Shown here piece by piece: positions 27,156 to 40,410 of a stretch of 64,000 bases of DNA. The stretch covers positions 3,996,799 to 4,060,798 of the forward strand of contig MU053588.1 in the NCBI GenBank assembly GCA_013239625.1. The letters run 5' to 3'. Made by a program: the position numbers and the translations under genes. This DNA is from Lama guanicoe (taxonomy: Eukaryota). Under the pieces are notes generated by a model. The model made no database searches, had not been told where the DNA came from, and saw only the letters and a list, made by a program, of their open reading frames with translations. Numbering within the stretch: the first letter of the stretch is position 1; every line of letters begins with the position of its first letter.

Positions 27156-28184
27156 AGTAGTGTGTATCTGTTAATCCCAACCTCCTACTCCCCGCCACAT
27201 CCCCCTGCTACCAGCTTTTCTCTTTGGTAACCATAAGTTTGTTTTCTATGTCTGTGAGTCTGTTTCTGTTTTGTAAATAAGTTTATTTGTATCATCTTTT
27301 AAGAGTCCACATATAAGTGATAGCATATGATTTTAGTCTTTTTCTGATTTACTTCACTTAGTATGATAATCTCTAGGTTCCTCCATGTTGCTGCAACATG
27401 TATTTTGAGTGTTTTAAAATTTTACCAAGCACTTTTATTCTTTTTTATGGCTGAGTGGTATTCCATTGTGGAATCTTCTTTATCCATCTTCTGTATCCAG
27501 TCATCTGTTGATGGACATTTAGGTTGCTTCCATGTCTTGGCTATTGTAAATAGTGTTGCTGTGAATATTAGGGTGGATATATCTTTTCAAACTAGAGTTT
27601 TCTCTGGATAAATGCCCAGGACTGGATCATATGGTAACTATTTTTAGGAAACTCTGTACTGTTCTCCATGGTGCCTGCACCTTCAGAACGTTCCCACCTT
27701 CAGTGTAGGAGGGTTCCCTTTTCTCCACACCCTTTTCTCCACACTCCACACCCAGCATTTACTATTTGTAGAATTTTTGATGATGACCATTCTGACCAGT
27801 GTGAGGTGATACCACCTTGTGGTTTTGATTTGCATTTCTGTAATAATTAGTGATGTGGAGCATCTTTTCATGTGCCTGTTGACCATCCAAATGTCTTCTT
27901 TAGAGAAATGTCTATTTAGGTCTTCTGCCAATGTTTTGATTGGGTTGTTTGTTAGTTTATTTTGATATTGAGCTGTATGAGCTGTTTGTATATTTTGGAA
28001 ATTAATCCCTTGTTGGTTACAACATTTGTAAATATTTTCTTCCATTCTATAGGCTTTTCATTTTGTTTATGGTTTCCTTTGCTGTGCAAAAGCTTGTAAG
28101 TTTGATTAGGTCCCATTTGTTATTTTTGCTTGTATTTCTTTTGCCTTGGGAGACTGACCTAAGAAAGCATTGCTATGACTTATG
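27155..28184 (-). mobile_element. L1 3' region including the ORF2 C-terminus
   Basis: ORF 27683..28045(-) reads [41 protein letters not shown], the L1 ORF2 C-terminal motif. Confidence 0.88.
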
Positions 28185-28201
28185 TAAAATTTTCAACATT
28201 T

Positions 28202-28348
28202 AAAAAATTACTTATTTATTTAATCTTTTGGGGGGGAGGAGGTAATTAGGTTTATTCATCTATTTATTTAATGGAGGTACTGGGGCTTGAACCCAGGACC
28301 TCGTGCATGCTAGACATGCACTCACCACTGAGCTATATCCTCCCCTCC
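28202..28348 (-). mobile_element. tRNA-derived SINE (Vic-1-like)
   Basis: SINE body; TSD taaaattttcaacattt. Confidence 0.85.
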
Positions 28349-29389
28349 TAAAATTTTCAACATTTTATCAGTAAGTGTTATGCGTGATTTTTATTTAAGT
28401 TTATTTCAGTTTTAAGGGGGATTTTTCTAGGAACTTATAACCATTTTACATAGTTTTCAAATTTATCATAATATTCCTCATAATGCTCTCTTCATATCTT
28501 TAGTGATGTTTCATTTTTAATTTTGGGAATTGGTAATAGTGTCATTTTTGTCTTTGTTTCTTGGTCACTCTTACTGGACTTTGTCAATTTTATTGTTTTA
28601 TTCACAGAATGGTCTTTGGCCCTTTTAAAAAAATACACTTATTTTGTTTGTTTTCTGTTTCATCAATCTCTTATCTTCATCATTTTCTTCCATCTACTTA
28701 CTGCATTTTTTGTTACTAAGTTCCTGAGAAATGTTTTCACTTTCATATTCAGCTTCTCTTCTATTTTAGTATATACTTTTAAAATTCTACAAGTATATAT
28801 TAAGAATTCTCTTTCTAATTGTGAATTTTGTTTTTCTCCTTGTGGTTCTGTCAACTTTTCTTTTTAAAGTTTGCTTTATATTATGTGAAGCTGTTATTCT
28901 TGATAGTTTAAAACTTAACTAAGTCTTTTCTTTGTATTTCTTATAATGCATTTTTCTTCGAGGACTACTTTGTCCAATGTTAATATATTTTTAGATTATA
29001 GAAATAATTGGAAACCTAGGATGATGCTCTCTTCCCTAGAGAGGATTTTCCTTTGTTTCTGTTAGGTCTTTGAAGATACTAACAAACAAGGTTCACTCTA
29101 ATGCAATTTCAAGTGCGGCGGTAATTTGGAGTTTGGTTTCAGTCTCTATCAAAGAGAATTCATTTCCTTTTATCCGTCTTCCTATAAGGCAGCTCTTTTG
29201 GATTTTACCGCAGACTCCTCTCTTCCCCATTCAGACCTCGTCCCAAGCCCCTTGAACGTGGCGAAAGTGCTGCTTAACTTTCAACAACAGAATGGGTAGG
29301 AGTCACCCAGGAAGACACTAGCAGCTCACAACAGCACAACTTGGCCGGGCCCCGCGCAGGCACCGTAGTAATCAGTCGGTAGAAGCTCA

Positions 29390-29760
29390 AGGTACTTGAG
29401 CGTCTTTCCGCTTCAGGGGGCGGGGCCGTGGCCTTCGTTTCCTCTCAGGCATTCTGGGAAGTGTAGTCTCGTGTCCGTGCGACCCAGAGCACTTCCGCTC
29501 CTGGACGTCGCGGGTAGGGAATTCTGGGAAGTGGTCTCCGGGCTCCCCCTAGTAGCCTCACTTTGGGTGGATGAGTCTTCCATCATCCGGGCTTCTCCAC
29601 ACCTGGGACTTCCCAACCCTGGGCGGAGAATCAGCGAGGCCCGGGCCTTCGTCCTCGGGGAGAGTAAGAGAAGCTGCGGCCGGCTGCAGAGCACGGTGTT
29701 GGGGAAAGTTTGCGTTCCCCTCCGGTGAACCTCCGGTTTGGAGCAGTCTGTGAGGCCCCG
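29390..29760 (+). promoter_or_regulatory. Extra CpG-rich KZNF-type promoter, paralogous to the ZNF226 promoter; possible upstream promoter of ZNF227
   Basis: GC box at 29417-29426, ZNF143-type site at 29452-29468, CACTTCCGC at 29490, second partial site at 29522; flanks align with the ZNF226 promoter flanks. Confidence 0.72.
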
Positions 29761-30049
29761 GCTTGGGGGGCTGCCTTGGTCACCTGTCGCCTGATTTGCG
29801 GGCCTCCTGGCTCTTCAACCGGATTCCCTCGCCTACGAGCCTGCTTTGCGTCTTCCTAGCGGAATAACATGCGAGTTACTTAATCTCTCTTGGCATCATT
29901 ATCCTCATCTAATGTCATTAATAGTAGTAACCCCTTATCATTTTATACGAATTAATTCATTAAGTGACTGCAACAGCCTTATGAGTTAGGTAACGCCATT
30001 AGGCTCTGTTTTGTTTTGTTTTGTTTTAAACAGATAAAGAAATGGAGGT

Positions 30050-30731
30050 TGTGTTGGGGGGATAAAGCATACTACCAACGCAAAGTCCTATGTACCCAAT
30101 GTAGAAAAAAGAAAGCAATCTTATTACTGAGTAAGCATTTCTAGAGTACAGTATTGTAGATTATTTGCAGAAAGATATTACAAAGAAGGGAATTTAACCC
30201 TATTTATATAGTCAAGCAATTACAAGCTTTTTCTACTATTCTATTTTTAACCACTCGATACATACATTCTCAACATTAACGGTATCTTGTCTTCCAATAA
30301 GAGGTCGTGACTGTCCCATTTGCTGCAAGTTCTTTGATAAATTCATCTTAAATTTACTTGGGAGTCGGATCTTTGTTAATTGACTTCATCCAAAGGAATA
30401 ATAAAATTTATCTTATTTCCTCTAACAGCACATTTACAGCTCAGAGAAAGGCACCTTCGTCAAACTCCCACAGTGATAGGGACACTGGATTGTTATTTTC
30501 TCAGATGTTTATATTCAAACGGGACAAACCTCAGGACTTTGCAAAACATTCTTGGATTGTAAACTTGGTAAGAAGCTTACTTAACCTTTAACAAAACTTA
30601 CATGCATATCAAAAAGGTTAGGGAAAGGATCTGAAAGCACTTGGATTCTTATGGAAGTACTGTAAGAAAAAGGACAGGGAAAATGGACCCTTTGGACAAA
30701 GAAAATTCTTTTTTATGTTTTTCATTTACTC
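30050..30731 (-). mobile_element. Old solo LTR inserted in a MIR
   Basis: Starts with TG, has a minus-strand TATA-like signal, and splits a MIR whose halves lie at about 29970-30050 and 30732-30830. Confidence 0.45.
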
Positions 30732-32339
30732 TTAGTGAGTTTATCTTATGTGCCCAAGACTTAACAGCTAGTAAGAGGCAGAACTACCATTTGAACCCAA
30801 AGAGTTGGAACCTCAAGTCTGTGTTTTTAATCTCTATTTTTTTTTAATCATAGGAAATAGTCGTGTAAATGGTTTAAGGAAATCTTTTTCTATCAGGTTT
30901 GGAAGGTGGTTTGGGGCTTTGTAGTTTATATCTTCATTATAGAAGGAATGTATGCTCATTATGCAGAGATTATGAAATACAGAAATATAAGAAGGAAAGA
31001 ATCCAAATTACCCATAGTCTTGGGGTTTGAAAGTAACCACTGTTTACATTTTTAATGCATTTTGTGTTGGAGCTGTACTACGCATGATATTTCTTCTTTA
31101 AATTTTATTAAGAAACAGCCCAAACATACACAAACAGAAAATAGTGTAATGAAACCTGCCCCCCTCCATCAGTCATCTGCAACCCTTGTCAGTGTTTTGC
31201 TTGTCTTTTTGTATCCATTCCCTTTGTTACACAAAAACTTTTGGGGGATATTAAGGGGAGGAGGAGATGGAATCATTCAAATTAAAAACAAACCCCAGTC
31301 ATGGAGTCACTATTCAAAATCCACTAACATAAAATGATTAAAAACGGAGAGCAAAGGGAAGGCTCTTTGTTAACTTCACGGTTTTCATTCTTGGCAACCA
31401 GGAGGATGGTAGTTACATATGTAAGAAAGCTAAGGGACATAGAAATGTTGAAATTTGAAGAGGAATAATTATGAATTTGGTTTCTTAAATTGGAGTTTGA
31501 CTTGAAACAGTCTTCTAGATCTTGGTCTCTGATCTGTTTCTCCCTTAGGCTTTGTGCTACTTTGTTGCAGCAAGAATGTCACAGTCTTTAAAGTGTGGTT
31601 AGCACCCAGCAAAGAGACGCTCTTCAGCGTTTGTGGCTGGTGAGGCTGCCCAACATCCTGAAACAGGGACCTGCAGCCCAGTTAGATTTTATTCAGAATT
31701 CCTGAAATGGATTTTGGAAACCATAAAGGGAAATCATATAAACTTTATCGATCCTAACAAGCCACGAAACAGGCTGTTCCCGTTAGCATCAAGTTTAAAG
31801 TTAAATTATATACAAGCTAGAATGACTTCCCCATACATCAATATGTGAAAATTTCTTCCATCAGTACATTTGAGCAAATAACAAGTCTTTATTGTGACTG
31901 TTGTATAAACACTTAACAATAACGTGTTCATCTTTCAAATTCAGAAACTCCCTGAGGAATGATTACAACCGCCCTGATTGTATTGAGAAATTGATCACAG
32001 GTCCATGCTGAAGCTTGCCTTTTCACCCTATGTCTAGCTGTCCTTAGCAGCCAAGTTCTGAATTATTTGACTATTCTGTTAACAGTAGTGGAAATTTACA
32101 ATATAATCTGTCCCCATTGGGGAGAGGGGGGTTTTTCGTTCTTTTTTATATCTAAAAAGTGTCTAAAACTTCATTTTAAAGGCTCTCAATTTTTCTTTTT
32201 TCTTGTAGAATAGGTAAAATTCTATTACAATGATCTGTTTCTTACAGCCCTTTTAAGATTATGACTTTTCAAATATATGCTATTATGTTTTGTTTGTCAA
32301 TGAGAAAAAGCTAAATTCTACTGGCGTCAGAGAACTGCT

Positions 32340-32620
32340 TCAGGCCGGCGGGAAACCATAAAGGGGATTCGTGAAGTTGTTGGCCAAGAACTTCCGAGAG
32401 ATTGGGGTTGTTTTGAAGCTCCGAAGGCGCGGGCGTGTCCCTCACTCCTCTTGCTGTTCTGAGAAGTGTGTTCCCCGAGTTCTATCCGGAAACAAAAGGC
32501 TGAGGCACTTTTGCTTGGCGCTTCTGGGAAGTGTAGTTCCGGAGCTCAGTGTAGTCAGTGGCACTTCCGCCCTTGGGAAGCGAGACTGCCACCATCTTTT
32601 CGGTCCGGGAGGTGAGTTAG
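32340..32620 (+). promoter_or_regulatory. CpG-rich promoter and non-coding first exon of ZNF227
   Basis: ZNF143-type site at 32522-32539, CACTTCCGC at 32562, CCATCTTTT at 32592, donor GAG|GTGAGT at 32611/32612. Confidence 0.82.
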
Positions 32621-33471
32621 CCCTGAGTCCCTACGACCCCTCTGAGCCTTTTCGGCCTGAGCGTGGGACTAGTCGCTACCTAGCCGGCTGTCTTAGGATG
32701 GTGAATCGCGGCCACCGGCGGAGGCTGAGAGGCCGAGGGCAGAAGTGTGGATTCCCTCAGCTCTCCTCCCCCACTTACCAAGCAGCGCTGCTACTTCTAT
32801 CGGTACAATATATGGCGAGTTGTTTATTATCTGTGCCCTACTTTTCTCCTATAAGATAGCGAGAGAGACAGTAACTACTAGGTAGGGGTGAGATGAGACG
32901 TAAACGGGACCGCAAGCGTCAACAGCGTAGAACGCTGGTGGCACCTAACGGGTTGGCTCTTGCTGTTGTAGATCCTGTTAGTTTTCTCACCAGCGCAGTT
33001 TCTGTTGGACGCCCCAGTGAAGGGGAGAGCGAGGAGCAATGCCGCGGCCCGCCTGTCATCCGTCAGGAGACTGAGCTCCTTCCGAACTTTTACTGATCCC
33101 TTTTTTAGGAAGCATCGAGTCACCCCGCGTCAGTGCCTGGAAATGTTCGCTGAAGTTTATCCGGGAGACAGATACAGCCTGGCTGTCCCACCGCATCCTT
33201 CTCTTTCCACTCCTGAATTCGCAGAGGGGAAGAAGGAGGGACTTCTTGGCTTCTCACAGCCTAGCCTCAGGTACATACTCCTTCCTGAAGGTTCCTTCTT
33301 GCTCCATCATCTATTTTCAGTTAATCAGGTTTCCTTCAGTCAGTAAATTACTGCTAGGACAAAGTTTAATTATTTGTTGAATAAACCTGAGAATGTTTAC
33401 TCTGCTTGTTAATATGTACGTGTGTATTTCCACCACACAGATATATTTTTAAATAAATACATAAGTTTTTA

Positions 33472-33706
33472 TTTTTATTTATTTTTTAGTGTTTTCTGTA
33501 TTTTTATTGAAATATAGTCAGTTTACAATAATGTGTCAACTTCTAGTGTACAGCACAATGTTTCAGTCGTATGTAAACATACATATATTCGTTTTCATAT
33601 TCTCTTTAAGTTACTACAAGATGTTGAATATAGTTCTCTGTCCTACGCAGTATAAACTTGTTTATGTTTTATATATATTAGTATCTGCAAATCTTGAACT
33701 CCCAAC
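33472..33706 (-). mobile_element. L1 3' end
   Basis: Tail motif; TSD taaatacataaRttttta. Confidence 0.78.
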
Positions 33707-34871
33707 TAAATACATAAATTTTTAAAATATATAAATATATTTTATTTGCTTGTTTTAAAATTTTTAAAAAATATTTTAACATATACATTTATTTTTAAAT
33801 CTATCATGCTTTCCTTTTCTTCCTTTTATTTTTTGCTGTCTTCAGTTCAGTTTACTCCCCCCCCCTTTTTTTTTTACTCTCAACTGAGTTGGAAATGATG
33901 TGGTCTTGCATTATTTTTTTAACGTTTGAAAATGATGTATGTCTCAACAAATACTAATTTTAATTAGCGTGTATTCTCATTCTGAAAAATATAGAGACTG
34001 AAAATATATTTGAAAGTTGATGGCTCCCCAAACCCTTTTTTTTTTTGACTGTAGATTAGGTCGTAGGTCTACTAGGTTTAGTTTTTATTGTAACTCCCCT
34101 CAAAAGTTGTCATTGTGGTCTTGGGTTTTTTCCCTTTTTTCTTTTAACAAGGATGTTACCAACATATTTACGTGTTTTCTTGCCATTGCTTCTTTCAGGG
34201 TTCATTTAGTCATAAATTTTCTTCATTTTTTTTCAGCTAAGATGCCTTTGTTCCTCTCCTACGTACATAATCATTTAGTTGAGTGTAGAAATCAGGTTCA
34301 CAATTTTTTTTCTTCATTTTCCCACTACTCAGTTATTTTAGCTCTCCATTTTGCTTCCTTGTTTCTGTCAATGCAATGATCATTTCTATGTGGTAAATTA
34401 TAGTCTCTCTGGGAGCTTTAAGGATTTTTGTCACTATTTTTAGTTATTTATTTATCCTTTGCCTTCCTGATTTTCACTCTGATTTCTTTGGGAATACACT
34501 TATTTTTATTTCTACTGATCAGAATCTCGATATATGAACTCAGCACTTGTCTCCTGAAATGAGACCTCTCTGCCATTGCTTTTGTTCTCTCCTTCTTACA
34601 CTCCTATTGGACACGTGTTGGAGCCTCTCAGTCTCTCTTCCATGTTTCCTGATTTTTTTTTTTGTCTCTTTTTCTTTTCTCTGTGTTTTTCTTTATCTCC
34701 ACACAGATAGAATAAAAGCTTTCTACCAATAAGCCTTTTCTGGTTTCAGTGAAATAAATTGACCTGCAGTGATTTGTTTTAGAAAATTAATAATAGCGTG
34801 AATATAATGTTATTAGCTCAGCAGTAAATTATTAAGTAGGGAGAAATTTTAAGTCACAATCGGGGCTTTCA

Positions 34872-35566
34872 ACTCTGGAAAACAGTATGGAGATTCCTTA
34901 AAAAACTAAAAATCGAGTTTCCATAGGATCCAGCAATCCCACTCCTGGGCATATAGCCAAAGAAAACTCTAAAATTCAAAAAGGTGATGCACCCCAATGT
35001 TCACAGCAGCACTATTTACAATAGCCAAGAAATGGAAACAGCTTGTTTCCATGGACAGATAACTGGATAAAGAAGCTGTGGTGTATGTATATATAGTAGA
35101 ATACTACTCACCATAAAAACGGGTGAAATAATGCCGTGTGCAGCAACATGGATGGACATGGAGATTGTCACACTAAGTGAAGTCAGACAAATATCGTATC
35201 ATGTCACTTATATGTGGAATCTTAAAAATGAACAAATGAACTTACCAAACAAAAACAGACTCACAGACGTAGAAAACAAACTTACGGTTACCAAAGGGGA
35301 AAGGAGGTGGGGAAGGCTAAATTAGGAGTTTGCAATTTGCAGATACAAACTACTAGATGTAAAATAGATAAACAACATGGTCCTACTGTCTAGTACAGGG
35401 AACTACATTCAATATCTTGTAATAATATACAATGGAAAAGAATCTGAAAGAAACATACGTATAAATATGTATAACTGAATCACTGTACTGTGCACCAGAA
35501 ACTAATACAACATTGTGAATCAAGTATCCTTCCTGTTTTTTAAAAAAAAAAAAAAGGGTGGGGGAG
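34872..35566 (+). mobile_element. L1 3' end (ORF2 end, 3' UTR, poly-A)
   Basis: ORF 35131 (AATWMDMEIVTLSEVRQ), A tail, TSD aatcRgggctttca. Confidence 0.85.
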
Positions 35567-36220
35567 AATCAGGGCTTTCAGAAAATAAAGATGACTTTCA
35601 TAGGAGAGCAGTCACATATGAAGTCCAGATGCCTTTCAGGTCTTTTTTGTTGTTGTCATTAAAAAGGCATCTGCAGATACAGTGACGCCAAGTATCTCAT
35701 CTGCTTTTTTGCAGCTGCAAGAGAAAGGGACTCCTCGTTTTTTGAACTTTCAATCTGCTCATTCACTCCTTGAAACAGCCCTGTGAGGTGGATATGACTT
35801 AACAATTCTTATCTTCTCGTCATTGTGCAGGTGACCAAGTGAGGCACAGAGAGGTTTTTGGAATACCCCTGATGTTCCCCGGGTGGGAAGTATCATTTCC
35901 AGGATTGAAACCCATGCCTAGGGCCTGCTTTTTTTTTTTAGCCCCACATGTTGTTACATGCCTCTCATTTCCTACTATCCCCAGGATCTGAAATCTTTAT
36001 GTCAGGGATACCGCGTTTGGCTGTGCGAGTTGTTGACTGTCTGGTGGCCACTGGCTGACAGACCTGTCAGTGGCTGCCGTGTCCCCCAGGCTCCGCTCAC
36101 CAAGCTGTGCGTGGCTGCCTGTGCTGGAGGTAGGGTGCTCTTGTATAACTTCTGCAGGGATGCACATGTCTAGTGGCAGCCCTGGCCTGTGTCTCATGGC
36201 TTCTTTGTCCTTCCCCAGTT

Positions 36221-36280
36221 ATGCCTTCTCAGGACTCTGCCCTTCCACAGAGGGAACGGGAGGAAGTGATCGAGTTTCAG
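36221..36280 (+). CDS. ZNF227: Start exon of ZNF227 (MPSQDSALPQREREEVIEFQ)
   Basis: Acceptor ccccag ends at 36218, ATG at 36221, 20 codons, donor CAG|GTGAGT. The MPSQ N-terminus resembles ZNF227 as recalled. Confidence 0.85.
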
Positions 36281-36929
36281 GTGAGTGAGGCATGGCTTTC
36301 CATCCCCTAACGTGGGACTTTGCTTCTCAGAGATGAGGCACGTCTTTTTTCTCTGCCTTAGAAAGGCGAATGGAACACAGCAGATCTGGAGAGCCTGTTG
36401 TCTGCCAGACTGTGTGCGCGCGCATGTGTATGTTTGTTTTTATCGTCTTTATTATTTCACAAAGCAATCTTTGAAAATAATTAGAGAAATCTGAAGTCGG
36501 CAAAAATAATTCACAGTACAGCCCTGCTCACAAACTAGCTCTTTTTGCTTTCCTATATTCTTTTTTCACATGCGTTCACAGTTGCATATTTGCATTATTA
36601 GAGTCAATGGGATATACTTACAAACGTTAGATAAAGGCTTACTGTCTCTAATTCTTATTAAAATTAGTGAGATAAAGTAAGACCCAATTGGAATATGAGT
36701 GAAAGAAGTGAATGAGTGTCATAAAAAAGGAAAATAAATTCATGAGGAAAATACTGATCATTAATACCTAAATGTGTGCAAACGTTAATAAAAGCTCTCT
36801 GTTTTTTTATTTCACTTAAGATTGCTGAAGATTTCTTTAAAAAGGGACGTGTGTCTTGTTTGGCCAGTCTAGAGATTCAGGAACATTTGTGCTCTCACAT
36901 ACAAGATGAATTGGGAAAGTCCCCCCCTG

Positions 36930-37031
36930 CCTTTTTAAATATTTCCCCTTAACAGAGGCCCTGGGGACTGAACCCAGGACCTCGTGCATGCCAAGCATGT
37001 GCTGTACCACTGAGCTATACCCTACCCCCCC
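36930..37031 (-). mobile_element. tRNA-derived SINE (Vic-1-like)
   Basis: ctggggactgaacccaggacctcgtgcatg...ccactgagctatac. Confidence 0.82.
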
Positions 37032-37594
37032 AGGAAAGCCTTTTGAGAGGGAGATATGCCACTATGGTTTCAAAACTTTTAAAGTGCATATTTTGTGACT
37101 TTGCAGTTGCTACCACTTGGCTAAGGTCTCTGTAAAAGGATCTTTGCAGCATTGATGATACATAAAAATCTGTAACTGATTATACCTTACTTGGATTGAG
37201 TGAAGCTAAATCGCCGGTTCTAAAGAATACTATACTGTGCAGTTCACAGAATGGAGTGAAAGATGATCATGACGTGACTTGCTCAGATGTGTGAGTGCTT
37301 GTTACGTGCCAGGCACCGTTCTGAGTGCTTTACGTGTACTCACTCATCTAACTCTTCCAAACACCTTGTGGTTTAGACGCTGTTATAGAAGAGGAAATGG
37401 AGACAGAGAGGTTAAGGAATTTGCCAAGAGTCCTGTCATTAAAACCTTGACATTTGAGCTCAGCCTGTGTCCTCACCAGGTGTGCATGCAGTGGATACAG
37501 CTCGTGCCTCAGAAACACAAAGGAGGAGCTAGGTGCCTGTCCTGGAGGGTGGCTGAGGGCCTGGGAGCTTTGCCAACATTAAAAACAGTGATGG

Positions 37595-37736
37595 AGTGGG
37601 GAGGGTATAGTTCAGTGGTAGAGCGTGTGCCTAGGATGGCAAGGTCCTGGGGTCAATCCTCATTACCTCCATTAAAGATAAATAAATAAAAACCTAATTA
37701 CCACCCCACTGAAAAATAATTTTAAAATTAAAAAAA
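37595..37736 (+). mobile_element. tRNA-derived SINE (Vic-1-like)
   Basis: ggggagggtatagttcagtggtagagcg...; TSD aaaacagtgatgg. Confidence 0.85.
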
Positions 37737-37898
37737 TAAAACAGTGATGGGGGAGGCAGGGAGGGAACATCACTATCACCGAGAGGGACAGTTTTTGGGA
37801 CTAAGAACTGCATGGAGACCTCCTAATTGGTAACAATTTTGGGGGAAATCTTTATCCTTCTCAGTGCTGCCCTTCTTCCAGTGGGGTTGTACAATTGA

Positions 37899-38063
<165 letters not shown>

Positions 38064-38192
38064 TGAATCCCAGCCGCCTTGAGATCTCTGGTCCTCAGTT
38101 GTTCAAAGCTTTGGACTTTTTGAAAGGGCTCCCTGACCTTGAAGACACAAATCTTTCTAATCCATAGATTTTTCTGGTCCCTCTCTGCTCAG

Positions 38193-38391
38193 GCAGAGTT
38201 CTGTTCAGGGGTGATTTTGCCTCCCTGGGAACACTTGACAACGTCTGGAGACAGTTTGGATCGTCACAGCTGAGGGTGGGGTGCTACTGGCATCTAGTGG
38301 CTAGTGATGCCGTTGACGTTCCGGCAGTGCCCGGGACAAGCCCCACCACGGAGCAGCAGCCAGTCCGGACTAGCAGTAGCGCCTCTGCTTA
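38193..38391. mobile_element. MER20 hAT-Charlie element
   Basis: ggggtgattttgcc...gtctggagaca...gtgctactggcatctagtgg. Confidence 0.75.
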
Positions 38392-38817
38392 AATGAACTG
38401 TAAATGGGCAGCCTAGTTTCTCTACTTTGTCTTGCAAATACTTTCATGGGTCATGGAGTCCACTGAGTACATTGTACTGGCGTTACTTTCTTTGGTTGAA
38501 TCAAATAGAATAAAATAGAAAAAGAATAGAAAGGATCAGCATTCCTTCTTAAGACCTCACGTTGCAGCAAAACTGACCATTAGCAGTACTTGGTGGGAGG
38601 GTGTGGGGACTATGATGAAAGCAGGTAATTCTGGCTAAATCTGATTTGATCTCTTATTTGAACGTGAACTAGGTCATAACTTGAATTTATTTCTTATTGC
38701 AATGCATAATCAAAAAGTTCTTAAAATATCACTTGAGAGGCCTGAGGGTTATAGAACTTGGACCGAAGTCTGTATGAGCCATGTATTCATCTGAAATGTG
38801 TGTCTGTCTTTTCAAAG

Positions 38818-38913
38818 GACATCTTCCCTTCAAACCAGATATGGTGTCCCAGCTGGAGGCAGAAGAAGAGCTTTGGATGACGGAACGAGAAACGCAAAGA
38901 AACGGGTGTTCCG
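38818..38913 (+). CDS. ZNF227: KRAB-B exon of ZNF227
   Basis: 96-nt phase-1 exon, caaag|GA...TCCG|gtgag; HLPFKPDMVSQLEAEEELWMTERETQRNGCS. Confidence 0.9.
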
Positions 38914-40029
38914 GTGAGAACCGCGCTGCCGTTCTTTCAGGTACCTGCCCACCCGCGTCTCACCGCGCCCGCGACGTGGTTATCACCCTTGTCCAGGCAC
39001 TGTCGTCTCTTCCCTGGACTCTGACAGCTGCCTCCACGCTGGTCTCCGTGCTTCTGCCTTTGCCCTCCTTCTTCTTTCACTTCTAGTAGCCAGAGTGGTT
39101 CTTTAGAACACCGTTCCTCTGTCCCAACCCTCCCAAGGCTCCCCGTTTCACTCACAGTCCTACGTGATCTGGCCTCCTCACCAGGTTCCTCTTGGCTCTC
39201 CCATCCTTTCACCCTTGTGGGGATCATTCCTGCCATCCTGGCCACTCAGTGTTCGCCTCTGTTTCCTGGCTTTGGACTAGCTCTCCCCTCTGCCTCGGTG
39301 TGCAGGTCCCTGGCCACGCCCTTACTCACTTGGGTCTTTGCTCAGATTTCATGTCATCAGACAGGCCGTCTGCGTCTGCCCCAGGTGAAATATTGTCCTC
39401 TCTCCACTCTCTGTCCTCTCTCCACTCTGCCTTCTGAGCCCTGATCACCTCGTGCCCTGGTAACCTATTTTTGTTCACTTGTTCATCACCCGTCTCCCCA
39501 TGAAAGTAGGAGTTTGGGCAGTTTGATTTGCTGTCAAGGTTTCTGTTCCTGATCTGAATGAGTATAACTTGGAGACAGTAGCCTTCTTGAATAGTTAGCG
39601 CCTTTGTTGGATGTATTGAGAGAACCCAGATTGGTTGGAGAGATGGCAGCAGTTCTCGGATGTAGATTCAGGACTTGGAGAATCTGTTACTCATCGTATT
39701 ATTTGAAATAAGTCACTTTCCTGTATGCCTTGGTGAATACATTTTAAGTTTTCTAGTACATGCTGGGGGAAAAAAGGCCTCTGATGGTCTGTTTGCATAG
39801 TAGGTGCTTAGCACGTACTTGTGGGATGAATAAATTGTTTTAAAAGTTACTCCTGTTTTGAGCAGAAATGAGGACTCTCCTGACAGCTCCTCCTAACCTG
39901 TGAGCCCCGCCTGCCCTCTCCGTGGCGAGCACCTCATCCAGGTCCCCAGCGGCCATCTCACTGCTCTGCCTTGGCTTTCAGTGCCCTGTTGCCCTGCCTT
40001 CTCTCAGTTCTTCACTTTTTAACTTCACT

Positions 40030-40410
40030 TTATTTATTTATTCATTTATTTATTTTTTATTGTAGTATAGTTGGTTTATAATGTGTTAGTTTCTGGTGTA
40101 CAGCGTAATGATTCAGTCATGCATACATGTATATATTCCTTTTCATATTGTTTTTCATTATAGGCGATTACAAGGTATTGAATATAGTTCCCTGTGCTGT
40201 ACAGTAGGACTTTATTATTTATCTATTTTGTATATTGTGTGTGTATCTGCAAATCTCGAACTACCAGTTTATCCCTCCACCCTCCCCTTCGCCCCGCCAG
40301 TAACCATAAGTTTATTTCCTATGTCTTTGAGTCTCTGTTTTGTAACTCAGTTCGTTTGTATCTTTTTATTAGATTCAACAAATAACTGATATCATATAGT
40401 ATTTACCTCA
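40030..40410 (-). mobile_element. L1 3' end
   Basis: (TTTA)n tail plus the L1 3' UTR motif. Confidence 0.75.

Noticed and set aside
32371..33346. ORFs of 67-162 aa over CpG islands (also at 11.3, 29.4 and 56.8 kb)
   Set aside because: GC-rich promoter sequence is depleted in stops; mostly non-ATG starts and no recognisable domains.
37595..37680. tRNA-Ala-like sequences (nine copies)
   Set aside because: They have A-rich tails, TSDs and broken stems, so they are SINEs rather than tRNA genes.
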